Shown here in pieces: positions 18,068 to 28,591 of a DNA stretch of 64,000 nucleotides. The DNA comes from Deltaproteobacteria bacterium RBG_16_49_23 (lineage in GTDB: Bacteria > Desulfobacterota > BSN033 > UBA1163). The notes beneath the pieces were generated by a model. That model searched no databases, was not told the DNA's origin, and saw only the letters and a program-made list of their open reading frames with translations. Position numbers and translations under genes: made by a program. The first letter of the stretch is position 1. Each line of letters opens with the position of its first letter. Location: positions 4,421-68,420 of the forward strand of contig MGQQ01000132.1 in assembly GCA_001798855.1 (NCBI GenBank), read 5' to 3'.

Positions 18068-20229
18068 TGGGCAAATGCTCCTTTCTCACCTATGAACAAT
18101 ATGTTACGGTTTGTCTCCGGACCCTTCACTTCAAAACATATAAAATCTAAAACTTTCCCCTTCCCATCCGCAATAGCCAGCAGATATTTCCCTGCTTTTG
18201 GAGTCCAGGGGATTGTCTTACCTGACATCTCCATAGGAAGCCCATTCAATACCCATTGGAAGTCATTCTCATTGCTCTGAGAGATGAAGAAGATTTTTTG
18301 AAGTTCAAGAGGGATATCAGGGTCAAGGGCGATCACCGTCCCGGAAGGAGGGTAGACGATTCTCGGATTGAATTGACCTATCTTCTGATCCTTTGAATTA
18401 GGTTCTGTCCCTCGGATAAACCATTCCTCCCGGGAGGGTGAAATGCCTTGCGAAAATTCAATCTCTCTTTGCACAAGATTTGGAAGGGCTTCTTTTTTTG
18501 CAATGGATTCATTTCGATGAAGAAAATTCATCGCCTCGATCCAGACGGGAGCCGCCCCGGAAATGCCACTCACATTCCACATCGGCTCTCCGGAAAAGTT
18601 TCCTGTCCAAACACCCACCGTATACTTCCTCGAATATCCAATACACCAGTTATCCCTCATATCCTTGCTGGTGCCGGTCTTCACGGCGGTCCAGAAGCGG
18701 GTGGATAATGGATTTTCAAGGCCAAAGGTGAAACTCCGGGCATCTCTGTCAGATAAGATATCCGAGATCAGAAAGGATGCTTCTTTTGAAAATATCCGCC
18801 TTTTCTGGTCTAATCGATTTTCTTGATAAATGAGCCGGAGTTCACTCCATATCCCCTCATTGGCCAGGGTTCGATAGGCATTGATAAGCTCCCAGAGGCT
18901 CACATCCGCTGAACCCAGGGCAAGGGAAAGTCCATAGAAATCACCTGATTCGTTAAGCCCCTTTATTCCCAATTGCCGCAGCCTACTCAAGAAGGGTTCA
19001 ATGCCGATCAAAGATAAGGCCTTGACGGCAGGGACATTAAGAGAGGAAGCCAGGGCGACTCTTGAAGTGATGAACCCTTTGAACTGGGAGTCATAATTTC
19101 TGGGTTGATAGATTCCGCTCAAGACGGCGATATCAAGAGGCGAATCATCCAGAAGAGAGGCCGGGGTAAGAATCCGTTGATCAAAGGCGAGGCCATAGAG
19201 AAAAGGTTTTAAGGTAGAACCCGCTTGTCTTTTAGCTTGAACTCCATCGACAAACCGGGAAGACAAAGGTTCTCCACTATAACTTACATAGGCCAAGACA
19301 TTCCCCGTTTGATTCTCCACGACCAGAACTGCTCCGTCCCTCACATTCTGCATCCTCAACGGATGAAGGTGATGCAGCAATCGGTCCAGAGCAAATCGCT
19401 GCGTTTCGCTGTCCAGAGTAGAAATGATGGTGGATCCATGGGGCTTTCCCTTTAATAATTGCCTCGCAACATGCGGGGCAAGATTCTCCCGTAGACGGAG
19501 TAAATTCGGTCCTAAAAATATCTGCCTCACCTTAGAATGAATCTCTTCCTCGCCAACCTTCGACTCCATTACTCTATTGAGATGTAAAGCCCTTTTGATT
19601 AACTCTGACGATGAAGCATTGGGGGATCGGATCAAGGCGGCCAGGGTGAGGGATTCTGATTGGTCCAATCCATGAGGATCTTTTCCAAATAATCCTCTCG
19701 AAGCCGCGGCAATCCCTTGAAGTTCTCCTCGGAATGTGATGAGGTTGAGGTAAGCTTCTAAGATCTCCTCTTTTGACCAACATTTCTCAATCTCCCATGC
19801 CTTGAGAACCTGCTTTCCTTTCTGCCATATTGATTTTCTCTCTTTTTTAGGTTGGAGTTCTTTATCCAAAAGGGAAGCTAATTGCATGGTGATCGTGCTT
19901 GCTCCTCGCAGGCTCTCTGAAGTCAGTCCTTTAATGAGTGCAGCCCCTATCGATTTATAATCCACCCCTGGATGTTCATAGAATCGTTTATCCTCTGCTT
20001 TAATCATAGCAACCCTCAGGGCAGGTGATATGTCCTTCAAAGAAATCCAGTCGAGCCTTCTTCGAGTTTTATCCGTTCTCAATTCATAAAGGACCCCTCC
20101 ATGCCGGTCAAGCAAAAGAGAATCTGATTTTACATGAGACTGCCGAACCTCGTCATAAGTAGGCAGGGCTTGGGCCTCCCCGGTCAAGACTAAAAAAAGG
20201 ATGAGAATCAAGAAAAATCGTTTCCTCAT
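18064..20229 (-). CDS. pbpC: penicillin-binding protein 1C
   Basis: A 721-aa protein with transglycosylase and transpeptidase motifs. It overlaps the yfhM stop by 4 bp, the conserved pairing. Confidence 0.85.
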   Translation of the reverse strand: MRKRFFLILILFLVLTGEAQALPTYDEVRQSHVKSDSLLLDRHGGVLYELRTDKTRRRLDWISLKDISPALRVAMIKAEDKRFYEHPGVDYKSIGAALIKGLTSESLRGASTITMQLASLLDKELQPKKERKSIWQKGKQVLKAWEIEKCWSKEEILEAYLNLITFRGELQGIAAASRGLFGKDPHGLDQSESLTLAALIRSPNASSSELIKRALHLNRVMESKVGEEEIHSKVRQIFLGPNLLRLRENLAPHVARQLLKGKPHGSTIISTLDSETQRFALDRLLHHLHPLRMQNVRDGAVLVVENQTGNVLAYVSYSGEPLSSRFVDGVQAKRQAGSTLKPFLYGLAFDQRILTPASLLDDSPLDIAVLSGIYQPRNYDSQFKGFITSRVALASSLNVPAVKALSLIGIEPFLSRLRQLGIKGLNESGDFYGLSLALGSADVSLWELINAYRTLANEGIWSELRLIYQENRLDQKRRIFSKEASFLISDILSDRDARSFTFGLENPLSTRFWTAVKTGTSKDMRDNWCIGYSRKYTVGVWTGNFSGEPMWNVSGISGAAPVWIEAMNFLHRNESIAKKEALPNLVQREIEFSQGISPSREEWFIRGTEPNSKDQKIGQFNPRIVYPPSGTVIALDPDIPLELQKIFFISQSNENDFQWVLNGLPMEMSGKTIPWTPKAGKYLLAIADGKGKVLDFICFEVKGPETNRNILFIGEKGAFAH

Positions 20230-23200
20230 GGAAGGACCTCAACCGTCTGGTTTGGGATCTCTCCGAACATCTCCGGATAATAGAGCGCCTCTACTCTCGT
20301 TGTCGGGAGTTGAAAAACTCCGCTCTGATTCAGCCGGAGGGTATATTCGACGACCCATTGTCCTTTGGGAACATACTCATAATAGGCCCGGAAGGCTTCA
20401 AAGGAACGTTCTTCATAGGCTGGCCAGACCCAGCCCTTTCTCTCCTCTCCTTTGGTGAGGAGTTGTGAATCTCTTGCCAGCCCCTTTCCAAGAATGGTTG
20501 CTCCCGAAGGAATAGGATCGCTCACCACAACCCAGGTTTGATCAGCCTGAGCCTCCAATTCCAGGCGCATTCGAATGATATCTCCTCGGTTCCATTGCTT
20601 GGATTGTTTCTGTTCGATCGGGATGATCGTCTTCTTAATCTTATATCCACTGAAGAACGGTTCTTTCAGAGGAATGGCCGCAAGACTCTGTATGGTCACC
20701 CACGGCTTCCCGTCCCCTTGATGGGAGATAGAAAGTTCTTCTTTCTTATTGGGCCAATGCATTAAAGAACTCTTCCCTTTGGGTGCTGCATTCCAGTCGG
20801 TCGTAAAAGATTCTGCAGATGAAGTCGTATGAGTTGAGCCAGAGACTGGAATGCTTTCAAAGACCTTTGAAAATTTTTCCATGGCAAGAACCCCCCAGGC
20901 GTTGGCCAGGGTCAAGTCCCATCTTCCCCTCCTCTGCCGGGCCAACGCCCCCTGAACCAATCTCGGCATATCCTCCTTCCAGTTGTCTGAGCGAAGAAGT
21001 GATAGGACGACACGTACAGCATTCACGTCATTGGAGACCATGAGCCACCATAAACCATCTGACCTTTCTGTCGAAAAATTCATGACCGTCCCTTGAAAAT
21101 TGAGACGGGACCGGATGATCTGCTCCGCCTCTTTCTTTCGTTCCTCACGATTCGGAATGGCCTGAACATTCTGGAGGATATTCAACCAATCGATCACCGC
21201 AGAGGTTGGCCAGAGGTTGGGTTCAATGGAGATGGAACTCAATAACTTCGGCTCCACCTTCTTACTCCTTGATAAGGCTTCTACCGCCGCTAATTTTCGA
21301 ATGGAAAGATCTGCTGTCGGAATTGGAGAATACCGGATGATCGATCCTTCAATAAACCTCCTGAGACCTGTTTCCATCTTCTCTCTTGCCTCATCGGGTA
21401 TATTCCATCCTGCCTCGTCACCGATGGCGATGATGTAGGAGGTCAATGTCGGACTTCCATAGAGACAGGGGGGAAAATATTTCACCAGACCATCCGTGTC
21501 GAGATGAGAAGGAAGCTCAGACAGACATCTCTTCCAAAGATTTTCATCTCGGAGTGCAACAGCCACTGAGACCTTCTGCTCCATGCATCCATAGGGATAC
21601 CACTTCATATATTCCAGGACGCCATTCAATCCCTCATTAATTTTGGGCCGCAAACTCACCCTTACACCTCCACGGCCCGGAAGTGCGTCCTTAGGTCGTT
21701 CCACAGAGGTCTTAAATTCCTTTTTCACCTGGGCGATGGTCGCCTGAAAAGTCCTCACCGCAAGGGCAGGAATCACCCTCTGCGTTACCTTGATCCGATC
21801 TCCTAATTCAGCGGCTTTCTCCTTCACCTCCACTTCCCAGCGAAGCATTTCAACATTGAGTGGAACAATCGCATCCCATCCGATCTCTTTTAATTCCCCG
21901 GGGGTTAAAGAAACCGCCATGGGGCTAAAGGGTTGTGAAATACCTTCGGCCTTTACAGAAACGTCTAATTCCAAATTCCGTTTTGTTGTATTGCGAAGTG
22001 AAAATCCTGCCCTGAATCGATCACCCTCTCTCAACAAAGGAGGAAGCCCGGATAAGATCATCAAATCCTGCGTAGATTGAATCGAGGTGGAACCTGTCCC
22101 AAAGAGACTTAGCCCACCACTCGCAACCGCTACAATCCTGAAACTGGTGATCGAGTCATTCAGGACCACTTCAACTGTCGCCTCTCCATTGCCATCCAGT
22201 AATACACGGCCTTTCCATAACAAAAGGGTATCGAATAACTCCCTTGTGGACTGCCTTCCTCCGCCTCCTCCTGGAGGAAATGCCTTCAATCCGAAGTGGC
22301 GTTTTCCGATGACCTGCATCTGGGCAGTTGAGGTATGAACGCCATAACCCCTCCGGCCCATCATCGCAGAGAGGATTTCCCAGCTTTGATTGGGCATCAG
22401 CTCAAGCAATCCTTCATCCACTGCAGCAAGAGCAACCTCGCTCCCCGGGGGAGGAACTTTCCCGTCGGAGGTTCTGACCTTGATATTGACCCTTGCTTTC
22501 TGTCGAACCTGATAGACTTTCCGGTCGGAAGAGATGCTCACCTTCAGCTCATGATCCTTCCATCCCACTCTGATTTCAGAAATACCAAGTTTATAAGCAG
22601 GTTTTCCAAGATCGATCATGGCGGTCGGCTTGATCCACGGCAGTCGTCCTCTCACAACCAGAACAGAGACAAAGACATTAGGGGCATAGGTCCCTTTCAC
22701 GGACACTTCAACAACAGGCCTCTTCCCTGAGATCCTTTTCACCCATGCCTCTATCACCCCTTCTCTTTCCACGGTGATCAGAGCCATTGCATTCCTGAAC
22801 GGCATCCGCACCTGAAAGGTTGCTTTCTCACCGGGTTCGTATCTCTTCTTCTCGGAAAGGAGGTCAATCCGGTCATGATCCCCAACCTCAAACCACCACT
22901 CGTCCTTTCCAGCCACCCAGACATCCCTGTGAGCGACCGTCTTATTCCCAGCATCATCAAGGCTCTCTGCCTGAAGGATCACATTTCCGGAAACAGGGGA
23001 TTGAGATTCGCAGATCAGGAGCCCTTTCGAATCAGTTTTTCCCTCACAGAGAGCGACAACCTTCTTTATTTCTGTCGAATGCTCGTAGGCATAGAATCCT
23101 CCGACAAGACGCTTCCGGTGGGTATAGATTTTTCTTTCAAAAAGTTCAACTTTCACCGGCGCTCCTGAAACGGGTTTGCCGGAAAGGTCAACCACGGCAA

Positions 23201-25946
23201 TATGAAATTTAAAAAAATCCTTCGAGACAGCCCATGAATCCGGCTTGATTCCGATGAGATATTTAGAATGCCAGAGTGGAATTTTTGAAGAAACGGTCTG
23301 AATCTCTCCGCTGGGGTCATTAAATTCCATTTCAGTCAATATCTCTTTGGGGCTTTCAACTTTTGACAAATTGGAGATCGGCGTCTGTGTATAACCGGAC
23401 TTATCCAGAACCAAGTCAATGGTCGGGAGTTTCTTCTCCTTTTTCTCCTGGATTCTCTCCTCCCTTTCCATCCCTTGTTCAGACTCCTCAACCCCCAGAG
23501 GCTCTCCCCTTCGAGTAAGCCCTTCTTTGACCGATCCATTGCTAAAGATGAAATCATCAAATCCTTCAAAAGACGGAATGGTTTTAGGCCTGATTTCGCT
23601 TCGCAATTTGATGGGAAGGAGACTTGCCCCTCCCCCCGCAAGATACTGGATGCTCAGATCCAGCAAGACCTCTCTGGCATTGATCAACGGTTCGCTGGGT
23701 GGCTGGATGATCCCTTTTAAGAGGGGAACTCGAAACTCCTCAACCCTGAATCGTCCAGAGGTCCACTCTCGAGGGTCCCTCCGGGAGGGTGTTTTTCTCT
23801 GATCGGTCTCTGCCTTTTTCAACAGGCGAACTTCATAAAATCCGAGTTTTGACTCCCTGGGAATCATCCAGGTCGTCTCAGCAACTCCATTCGCATCCCA
23901 TTTCAATGGAAACTGGTATTTCTGCCCGCTTCCGTAATGTTCGATGGAAATAAAATCAGGCATTTGAGGATTGGGAACTGCCGAAAATCCTTTCATCGTA
24001 TGTTGGCGAAAAAAATGTTTCATGTGGACTGTCTCACCGGCACGGAGCAATGGTCGATCAAAAATGGTGTGAGCGATGAATGGACCTGAGTAAAACTCAT
24101 TGGGAAGATTGAACCTCCAGGGTTCGATCCCATTATCCCAACCAGAATGAACAAAGGCCATATCTTCAGAGGTTTGCGCCGTGACAAAAAGGCCTCCTTC
24201 AAGAGAGTGGAGAGCACCCATCTCCTGATAAACATAATGATCGTTTATTTTAAACTCACATCTTGGAAGCTCTCCCTGTGAAGGCAATGTTCCTTCGATT
24301 CGTGCGATCCCGCTGGCGTCTGTCTTTCCTTGCCATAAGACCTTTTCCTGGCAATCCCTTACCGTCACCATCGCCTCTTTCACAGGCTCACCTGTATCAA
24401 GAGCCGTTACCCAAGCCAATGAGGATTCCCTTCCCCATTTAAAGTGAACAGAGAGATTGGTCACCAGGGCTGCCGTGGGTACATACATAGGTCGTTGTGA
24501 ACCGAGGAGAGATTTTCCTAAGAGGGCACTCTCAAGTTCAACAATGTAGAGACCGGGTTTCTTAAACGGAATTCCAACCACCTCAAAAGCATGAGCCCCC
24601 AGGGGTTTGGGGATTTTAAAATCTTTCACTCCCTTTCCGTCACTAAAAATGGATTTCTCTCTCGAAGCAGAAGCCACCTTCCTCAACCAGCCCTGAATGC
24701 TTTCTCCTTTTTCAGGTTGAACATTCAGGACCTTTCCCAGCACCTTTCCAACAATCCCCTTCTCTTCGCCAATTTTTAACATGGTTGCCTTCACCTCAGG
24801 CTCCAGGTCCCTTAACGTTACGGGAAGCACAGGCTCAGGCTTCAGTTCTACAACCCCAAATCTTGCTGAAAACTTTGCCAGGGGAGGATACGCCTCAGTT
24901 TGTACAGAGAGTGGGAATTTATCCGCATTGACGAGTGGTCGGCCTGTCACATCTTTAAGCCCTGGTGGAAGTTCGATGCTGAAATTCGTATTCTCTGGGA
25001 AAGGACCTTTGAAAACAGCTCCGGTGATCTCCTCCCTTTCTCCAAATTGTGGCTTCCAAATCCTCCCGTCAGGCCCTTTTAATACGATACTCATTGCCTG
25101 ATCCAACGAAATAGGAGAGGAGAAGTAGAGGTGCATCGGCAAGAGAGGAATACATCCTGATCCCTTATGTTCTCTTTCACAACTAAACTCTGCGGAGAAG
25201 GGTTTTCTGACCTGAAAACGAAATATCTGATCCTGGTCTGTTGGCACACCTGCCTTTGACATCACTCCTTTGCCCCAGATCAGGCTGACTTTTGCATTGG
25301 ATGGGAAACGCTGTTTGCTCTGGATTAGGATGATCGGAAGGGGTGGGGGCTTCCTATATCTAAAAAGAGCCTTCAAGATCTCTTCCTTCTCCCTCCCAGT
25401 AATGAACTTAATCCCTACACGATCCTGGATATCTTCAATAGAGAAAAAGACATTTTGAATCACAGATTCTTCATCAGGTTCTGCATCTAAGGGCAGGACA
25501 AAAATCTGCTCTTCATTAAGATATTGCGACCCTTCATAAGGGGTAGACGACTTAATAGCAGGGCCACCTGTGGAGAAGGAAAATTCCTTCTGGCCTGTGA
25601 CCTCCTGTCCGGAAAGGGTCTTCAGGTTGGGCCTTAATTGAAACTCACATCGAATCCCTGCGGGAAGATCTCTCTCAAAATCAAATACCCAATTTTTTCC
25701 ATCTGCCCAGCGGCTGGTTCCCTTTTCAGAGCAATCGATATCGAAGGGTTCGACAAGGACTCGTGGGTCACCGAAGGGCACCATCTGTTCTGAAAAACGG
25801 ACACTTACCTGACGAACATTTTTAACCGTGCCCTGAGGAGAAAACATCTCAACCCGAGACCCATCTTCTGCATAAGTCCAAGTAATAAACAAAAAGCAAA
25901 GTGACAAAAATAATCCGATGTATTTGGGTGTCATGTCTCCCTCCAT
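20226..25946 (-). CDS. yfhM: bacterial alpha-2-macroglobulin family lipoprotein (1906 aa)
   Basis: It has a signal/lipobox N-terminus and a thioester-like GCMEQ motif. Its size and its partnership with pbpC fit the family. Confidence 0.8.
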   Translation of the reverse strand: MEGDMTPKYIGLFLSLCFLFITWTYAEDGSRVEMFSPQGTVKNVRQVSVRFSEQMVPFGDPRVLVEPFDIDCSEKGTSRWADGKNWVFDFERDLPAGIRCEFQLRPNLKTLSGQEVTGQKEFSFSTGGPAIKSSTPYEGSQYLNEEQIFVLPLDAEPDEESVIQNVFFSIEDIQDRVGIKFITGREKEEILKALFRYRKPPPLPIILIQSKQRFPSNAKVSLIWGKGVMSKAGVPTDQDQIFRFQVRKPFSAEFSCEREHKGSGCIPLLPMHLYFSSPISLDQAMSIVLKGPDGRIWKPQFGEREEITGAVFKGPFPENTNFSIELPPGLKDVTGRPLVNADKFPLSVQTEAYPPLAKFSARFGVVELKPEPVLPVTLRDLEPEVKATMLKIGEEKGIVGKVLGKVLNVQPEKGESIQGWLRKVASASREKSIFSDGKGVKDFKIPKPLGAHAFEVVGIPFKKPGLYIVELESALLGKSLLGSQRPMYVPTAALVTNLSVHFKWGRESSLAWVTALDTGEPVKEAMVTVRDCQEKVLWQGKTDASGIARIEGTLPSQGELPRCEFKINDHYVYQEMGALHSLEGGLFVTAQTSEDMAFVHSGWDNGIEPWRFNLPNEFYSGPFIAHTIFDRPLLRAGETVHMKHFFRQHTMKGFSAVPNPQMPDFISIEHYGSGQKYQFPLKWDANGVAETTWMIPRESKLGFYEVRLLKKAETDQRKTPSRRDPREWTSGRFRVEEFRVPLLKGIIQPPSEPLINAREVLLDLSIQYLAGGGASLLPIKLRSEIRPKTIPSFEGFDDFIFSNGSVKEGLTRRGEPLGVEESEQGMEREERIQEKKEKKLPTIDLVLDKSGYTQTPISNLSKVESPKEILTEMEFNDPSGEIQTVSSKIPLWHSKYLIGIKPDSWAVSKDFFKFHIAVVDLSGKPVSGAPVKVELFERKIYTHRKRLVGGFYAYEHSTEIKKVVALCEGKTDSKGLLICESQSPVSGNVILQAESLDDAGNKTVAHRDVWVAGKDEWWFEVGDHDRIDLLSEKKRYEPGEKATFQVRMPFRNAMALITVEREGVIEAWVKRISGKRPVVEVSVKGTYAPNVFVSVLVVRGRLPWIKPTAMIDLGKPAYKLGISEIRVGWKDHELKVSISSDRKVYQVRQKARVNIKVRTSDGKVPPPGSEVALAAVDEGLLELMPNQSWEILSAMMGRRGYGVHTSTAQMQVIGKRHFGLKAFPPGGGGGRQSTRELFDTLLLWKGRVLLDGNGEATVEVVLNDSITSFRIVAVASGGLSLFGTGSTSIQSTQDLMILSGLPPLLREGDRFRAGFSLRNTTKRNLELDVSVKAEGISQPFSPMAVSLTPGELKEIGWDAIVPLNVEMLRWEVEVKEKAAELGDRIKVTQRVIPALAVRTFQATIAQVKKEFKTSVERPKDALPGRGGVRVSLRPKINEGLNGVLEYMKWYPYGCMEQKVSVAVALRDENLWKRCLSELPSHLDTDGLVKYFPPCLYGSPTLTSYIIAIGDEAGWNIPDEAREKMETGLRRFIEGSIIRYSPIPTADLSIRKLAAVEALSRSKKVEPKLLSSISIEPNLWPTSAVIDWLNILQNVQAIPNREERKKEAEQIIRSRLNFQGTVMNFSTERSDGLWWLMVSNDVNAVRVVLSLLRSDNWKEDMPRLVQGALARQRRGRWDLTLANAWGVLAMEKFSKVFESIPVSGSTHTTSSAESFTTDWNAAPKGKSSLMHWPNKKEELSISHQGDGKPWVTIQSLAAIPLKEPFFSGYKIKKTIIPIEQKQSKQWNRGDIIRMRLELEAQADQTWVVVSDPIPSGATILGKGLARDSQLLTKGEERKGWVWPAYEERSFEAFRAYYEYVPKGQWVVEYTLRLNQSGVFQLPTTRVEALYYPEMFGEIPNQTVEVLP

Positions 25947-26109
25947 CCCTTTCCATTTTTGAACAATTCGCTAACATTCGTAAGCTTTGGGGTTTTGGGG
26001 GATTCTACTAAATTAAAACAGGTCGGTCAATGAAGAAGCATTCTATTTTTTGTATAGACATCTCCAAATACTATACATAGACTACACGTAAAGAAACAGG
26101 CGGATTTTA

Positions 26110-26340
26110 ATGCAGGAAAAGTTGACAATAACTGTGGATGAGGAAGTTTATGAGGGTCTCCACAAAACCATAGGCCCCCACAAAATCAGCAAATTTGTTG
26201 AAGAACTGGTGCGCCCACATGTAGTGCGTCCCAATCTCGAATCGGCCTATGCCCAAATGGCAAAGGATAAAAAACGGGAGGAGGAAGCCATAGAGTGGGC
26301 AGAAATCACTTTTAAGGACATTGCCAATGAAACGGCGTGA
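26110..26340 (+). CDS. type II antitoxin (MazE/AbrB-like)
   Basis: A 76-aa ORF overlapping the downstream MazF toxin gene by 20 nt. Confidence 0.6.
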   Translation: MQEKLTITVDEEVYEGLHKTIGPHKISKFVEELVRPHVVRPNLESAYAQMAKDKKREEEAIEWAEITFKDIANETA

Positions 26341-26650
26341 GGTCTGGTGGGTTAATTTTAATCCTTCCATTGGTGGGAAAATCAAAAAGAAGCGCCCTGC
26401 TGTCATCGTCAGTAATAATGCTTCAAATAAGTTCCTCAATCGAGTTCAGGTTGTTCCTCTAACCAGCAAGACAGATCGTCTCTATCCCAGCGAGGCATTG
26501 GTGGTTTTTGAGGGGAAGGAAAGTAAAGCCATGGCCGATCAACTGGCGACTGTAAGCAAGTTACGACTTTTTAAACGTGCTGGCTTTCTCTCAGAAGAAG
26601 ATATCCGCAGAATTGAAGAGGCCATCAAAATACAATTGGATATTTATTGA
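26321..26650 (+). CDS. mazF: MazF/PemK family endoribonuclease toxin
   Basis: REVWWVNFNPSIGGKIKKKRPAVIVS... is the PemK/MazF signature. Confidence 0.85.
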   Translation: MPMKRREVWWVNFNPSIGGKIKKKRPAVIVSNNASNKFLNRVQVVPLTSKTDRLYPSEALVVFEGKESKAMADQLATVSKLRLFKRAGFLSEEDIRRIEEAIKIQLDIY

Positions 26651-26774
26651 ATCGTTTTGGGGTATTGGAGATATGGTATTTTTGTCTCCCCGGATTCAAA
26701 CTTATCACTAATGGGTGCCCCAAAACTTGTCCCTGTTTTCTTTTGTGCCATGTTAACGGAAGTTGCCTGCATAT

Positions 26775-27293
26775 TCATTTTTTGCGATTTTCCTTATCAT
26801 CTATTATTTCCTGAATTTCAGGAGACAAAAACTTTTTATCAACGATTAATCCATTAACCATTACGATATTAGAAAATGGATTGGTTTCTTTCATGTGGCC
26901 TGTAGAAAACTCTTTGTCCCAATAATTTAATCCGAACATATCCCGAATAACCTTTGCTTTCTGCGAAGTGCTGCTTTTTGTTGTTCCAAAATGCCTGGAT
27001 ATGTCCCCAGCCGTAGCATAGGGTCTGAAACTTTTATCAAAAAGAAAGTTGATGCTACCTATTGCATAGACAATGGCTGCTGCCCAAATTTCAAGTCTTC
27101 CTGAAAGAAATGGGGTTGTTCGTTTGCGCGACATCTTTTGTATAAGATTTTCACATAATTGCTCATAATCTGCGTCAAGATATGCCTCACAAAATCCAGT
27201 AGTTTTCTCTATAAGCTCTTGCATCTTTCCTTTAATAAGCACTTCGTTTTTCACCATGAATGAATCCCCTTTCATTTGCGATGTTGCAGACAA
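26775..27293 (-). CDS. hypothetical protein (possibly DUF6398-like)
   Basis: A 172-aa ORF in an AT-rich accessory patch. The assignment is by recollection of the family pattern only. Confidence 0.35.
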   Translation of the reverse strand: MSATSQMKGDSFMVKNEVLIKGKMQELIEKTTGFCEAYLDADYEQLCENLIQKMSRKRTTPFLSGRLEIWAAAIVYAIGSINFLFDKSFRPYATAGDISRHFGTTKSSTSQKAKVIRDMFGLNYWDKEFSTGHMKETNPFSNIVMVNGLIVDKKFLSPEIQEIIDDKENRKK

Positions 27294-27610
27294 TTTCCTA
27301 TGACGGGCTGACGGGTTAGCTATGTTTTTTTACCCAGCGCCTTTCCTCCACCAGAAGAAGAACAATTAGGGTCAAAGCTAAAAAATACATTTTATATGGG
27401 CAATTAATTTTGATATGGTTAGACATGGTGCGGCAGTTACGATAAATGGGGTCTACCATTGATATTTGATAAATTTATGCACACTGATACCAGAGGCGGA
27501 TGATGAAATTCTCTCTTTGATATCTTGCCTCGCCTCCGTAGATAAGAACGCCCGTTTTCGAAGCAGGGGTGCCGAAAGAGGTAAAGTACCTAAGTCCACC
27601 AAATAAAGAG

Positions 27611-28051
27611 TTATCCAAAAGTTTTATGCTCGATAAATTTCAAAATGGAATCACAGTATTTTACATATTGGCGGATTGCCTCTTCGACCGATTTGTAAAT
27701 GATATCCCGCCTTGTATTATTGTACTCATGAACCAGACGATTCCTTAAGCCAGCGCTGGGAGCAATCTGTTTGGCGAATTCCTCGCTATAAATTCCAAAT
27801 TGAGAGAGGATGTAAAACGTATCTTCATAACCCCTCACTCGCTCATCCCCTCTTCCGAGCTCAGCAATCATGTGTTGATTAATATCAATGGCCCGCATGA
27901 TGATCTTTTCCAATAATCGTTCCACAGCCAGATATTTAATAGGGTCTCCGGAGATTTCTTCAAACGAATAATGGGCAAGATCCTCTAATACGGATAGGTC
28001 TTCTTGAATCAGTTTAATCTTTCTTCGAATAAAATGAGTATCAACGGGCAT
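27611..28051 (-). CDS. hepT: HepT-like (DUF86, HEPN) RNase toxin
   Basis: The Rx4HxY motif (RNRLVHEY) is present. Confidence 0.8.
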   Translation of the reverse strand: MPVDTHFIRRKIKLIQEDLSVLEDLAHYSFEEISGDPIKYLAVERLLEKIIMRAIDINQHMIAELGRGDERVRGYEDTFYILSQFGIYSEEFAKQIAPSAGLRNRLVHEYNNTRRDIIYKSVEEAIRQYVKYCDSILKFIEHKTFG

Positions 28052-28469
28052 ATTTTTGGTTTAGGTAATTTTGGAACTTTTGGATTAATATTTTTTCCAA
28101 GTGGAACAAGTCTTTACTGTCAAAATAATTAGAAAAGGCATGGGCTCTAAACTCATTGAAATCGGTAAGATCTCCATAAAGCAGCTGGCTGTCCTTGGCA
28201 ACCTGATAGCAAAAAAGAGGGTCGGCTTTATGAAGCGATTTGATGTCCAATTCACGCCGGGGATTATCCCCGAAGATTTCTGCCAAATCGCTGTATATGT
28301 CTAACAATTCTTCAAGTTCGATCGGTTTTTCCCCGAGAAGAGCTATGTCTAAATCACTATCCGGTTTCATTTTGTTGGTAGCATAAGAGCCGTGAAGCAG
28401 AATGAACTTTAAACGGCGCTTCCTCCCGACTTCTTCAATCTTTTGTTGCTGGTCTTCAGTTAATTGCAT
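28041..28469 (-). CDS. mntA: MNT nucleotidyltransferase antitoxin
   Basis: The GSx9-13DxD motif (GSYATNKMKPDSDLDIA) is present and the gene overlaps hepT by 11 nt. Confidence 0.8.
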   Translation of the reverse strand: MQLTEDQQQKIEEVGRKRRLKFILLHGSYATNKMKPDSDLDIALLGEKPIELEELLDIYSDLAEIFGDNPRRELDIKSLHKADPLFCYQVAKDSQLLYGDLTDFNEFRAHAFSNYFDSKDLFHLEKILIQKFQNYLNQKYAR

Positions 28470-28591
28470 GTCTGGCTATGGATTTAAATCAGATTATTTT
28501 TTATAAAATTATAACATCCCTTAAAAAAGAGCAATAGATAAATAAAAAAAGGGGGTGACGGGATGACAACCCATTCCTTTTAATGGGTTAG

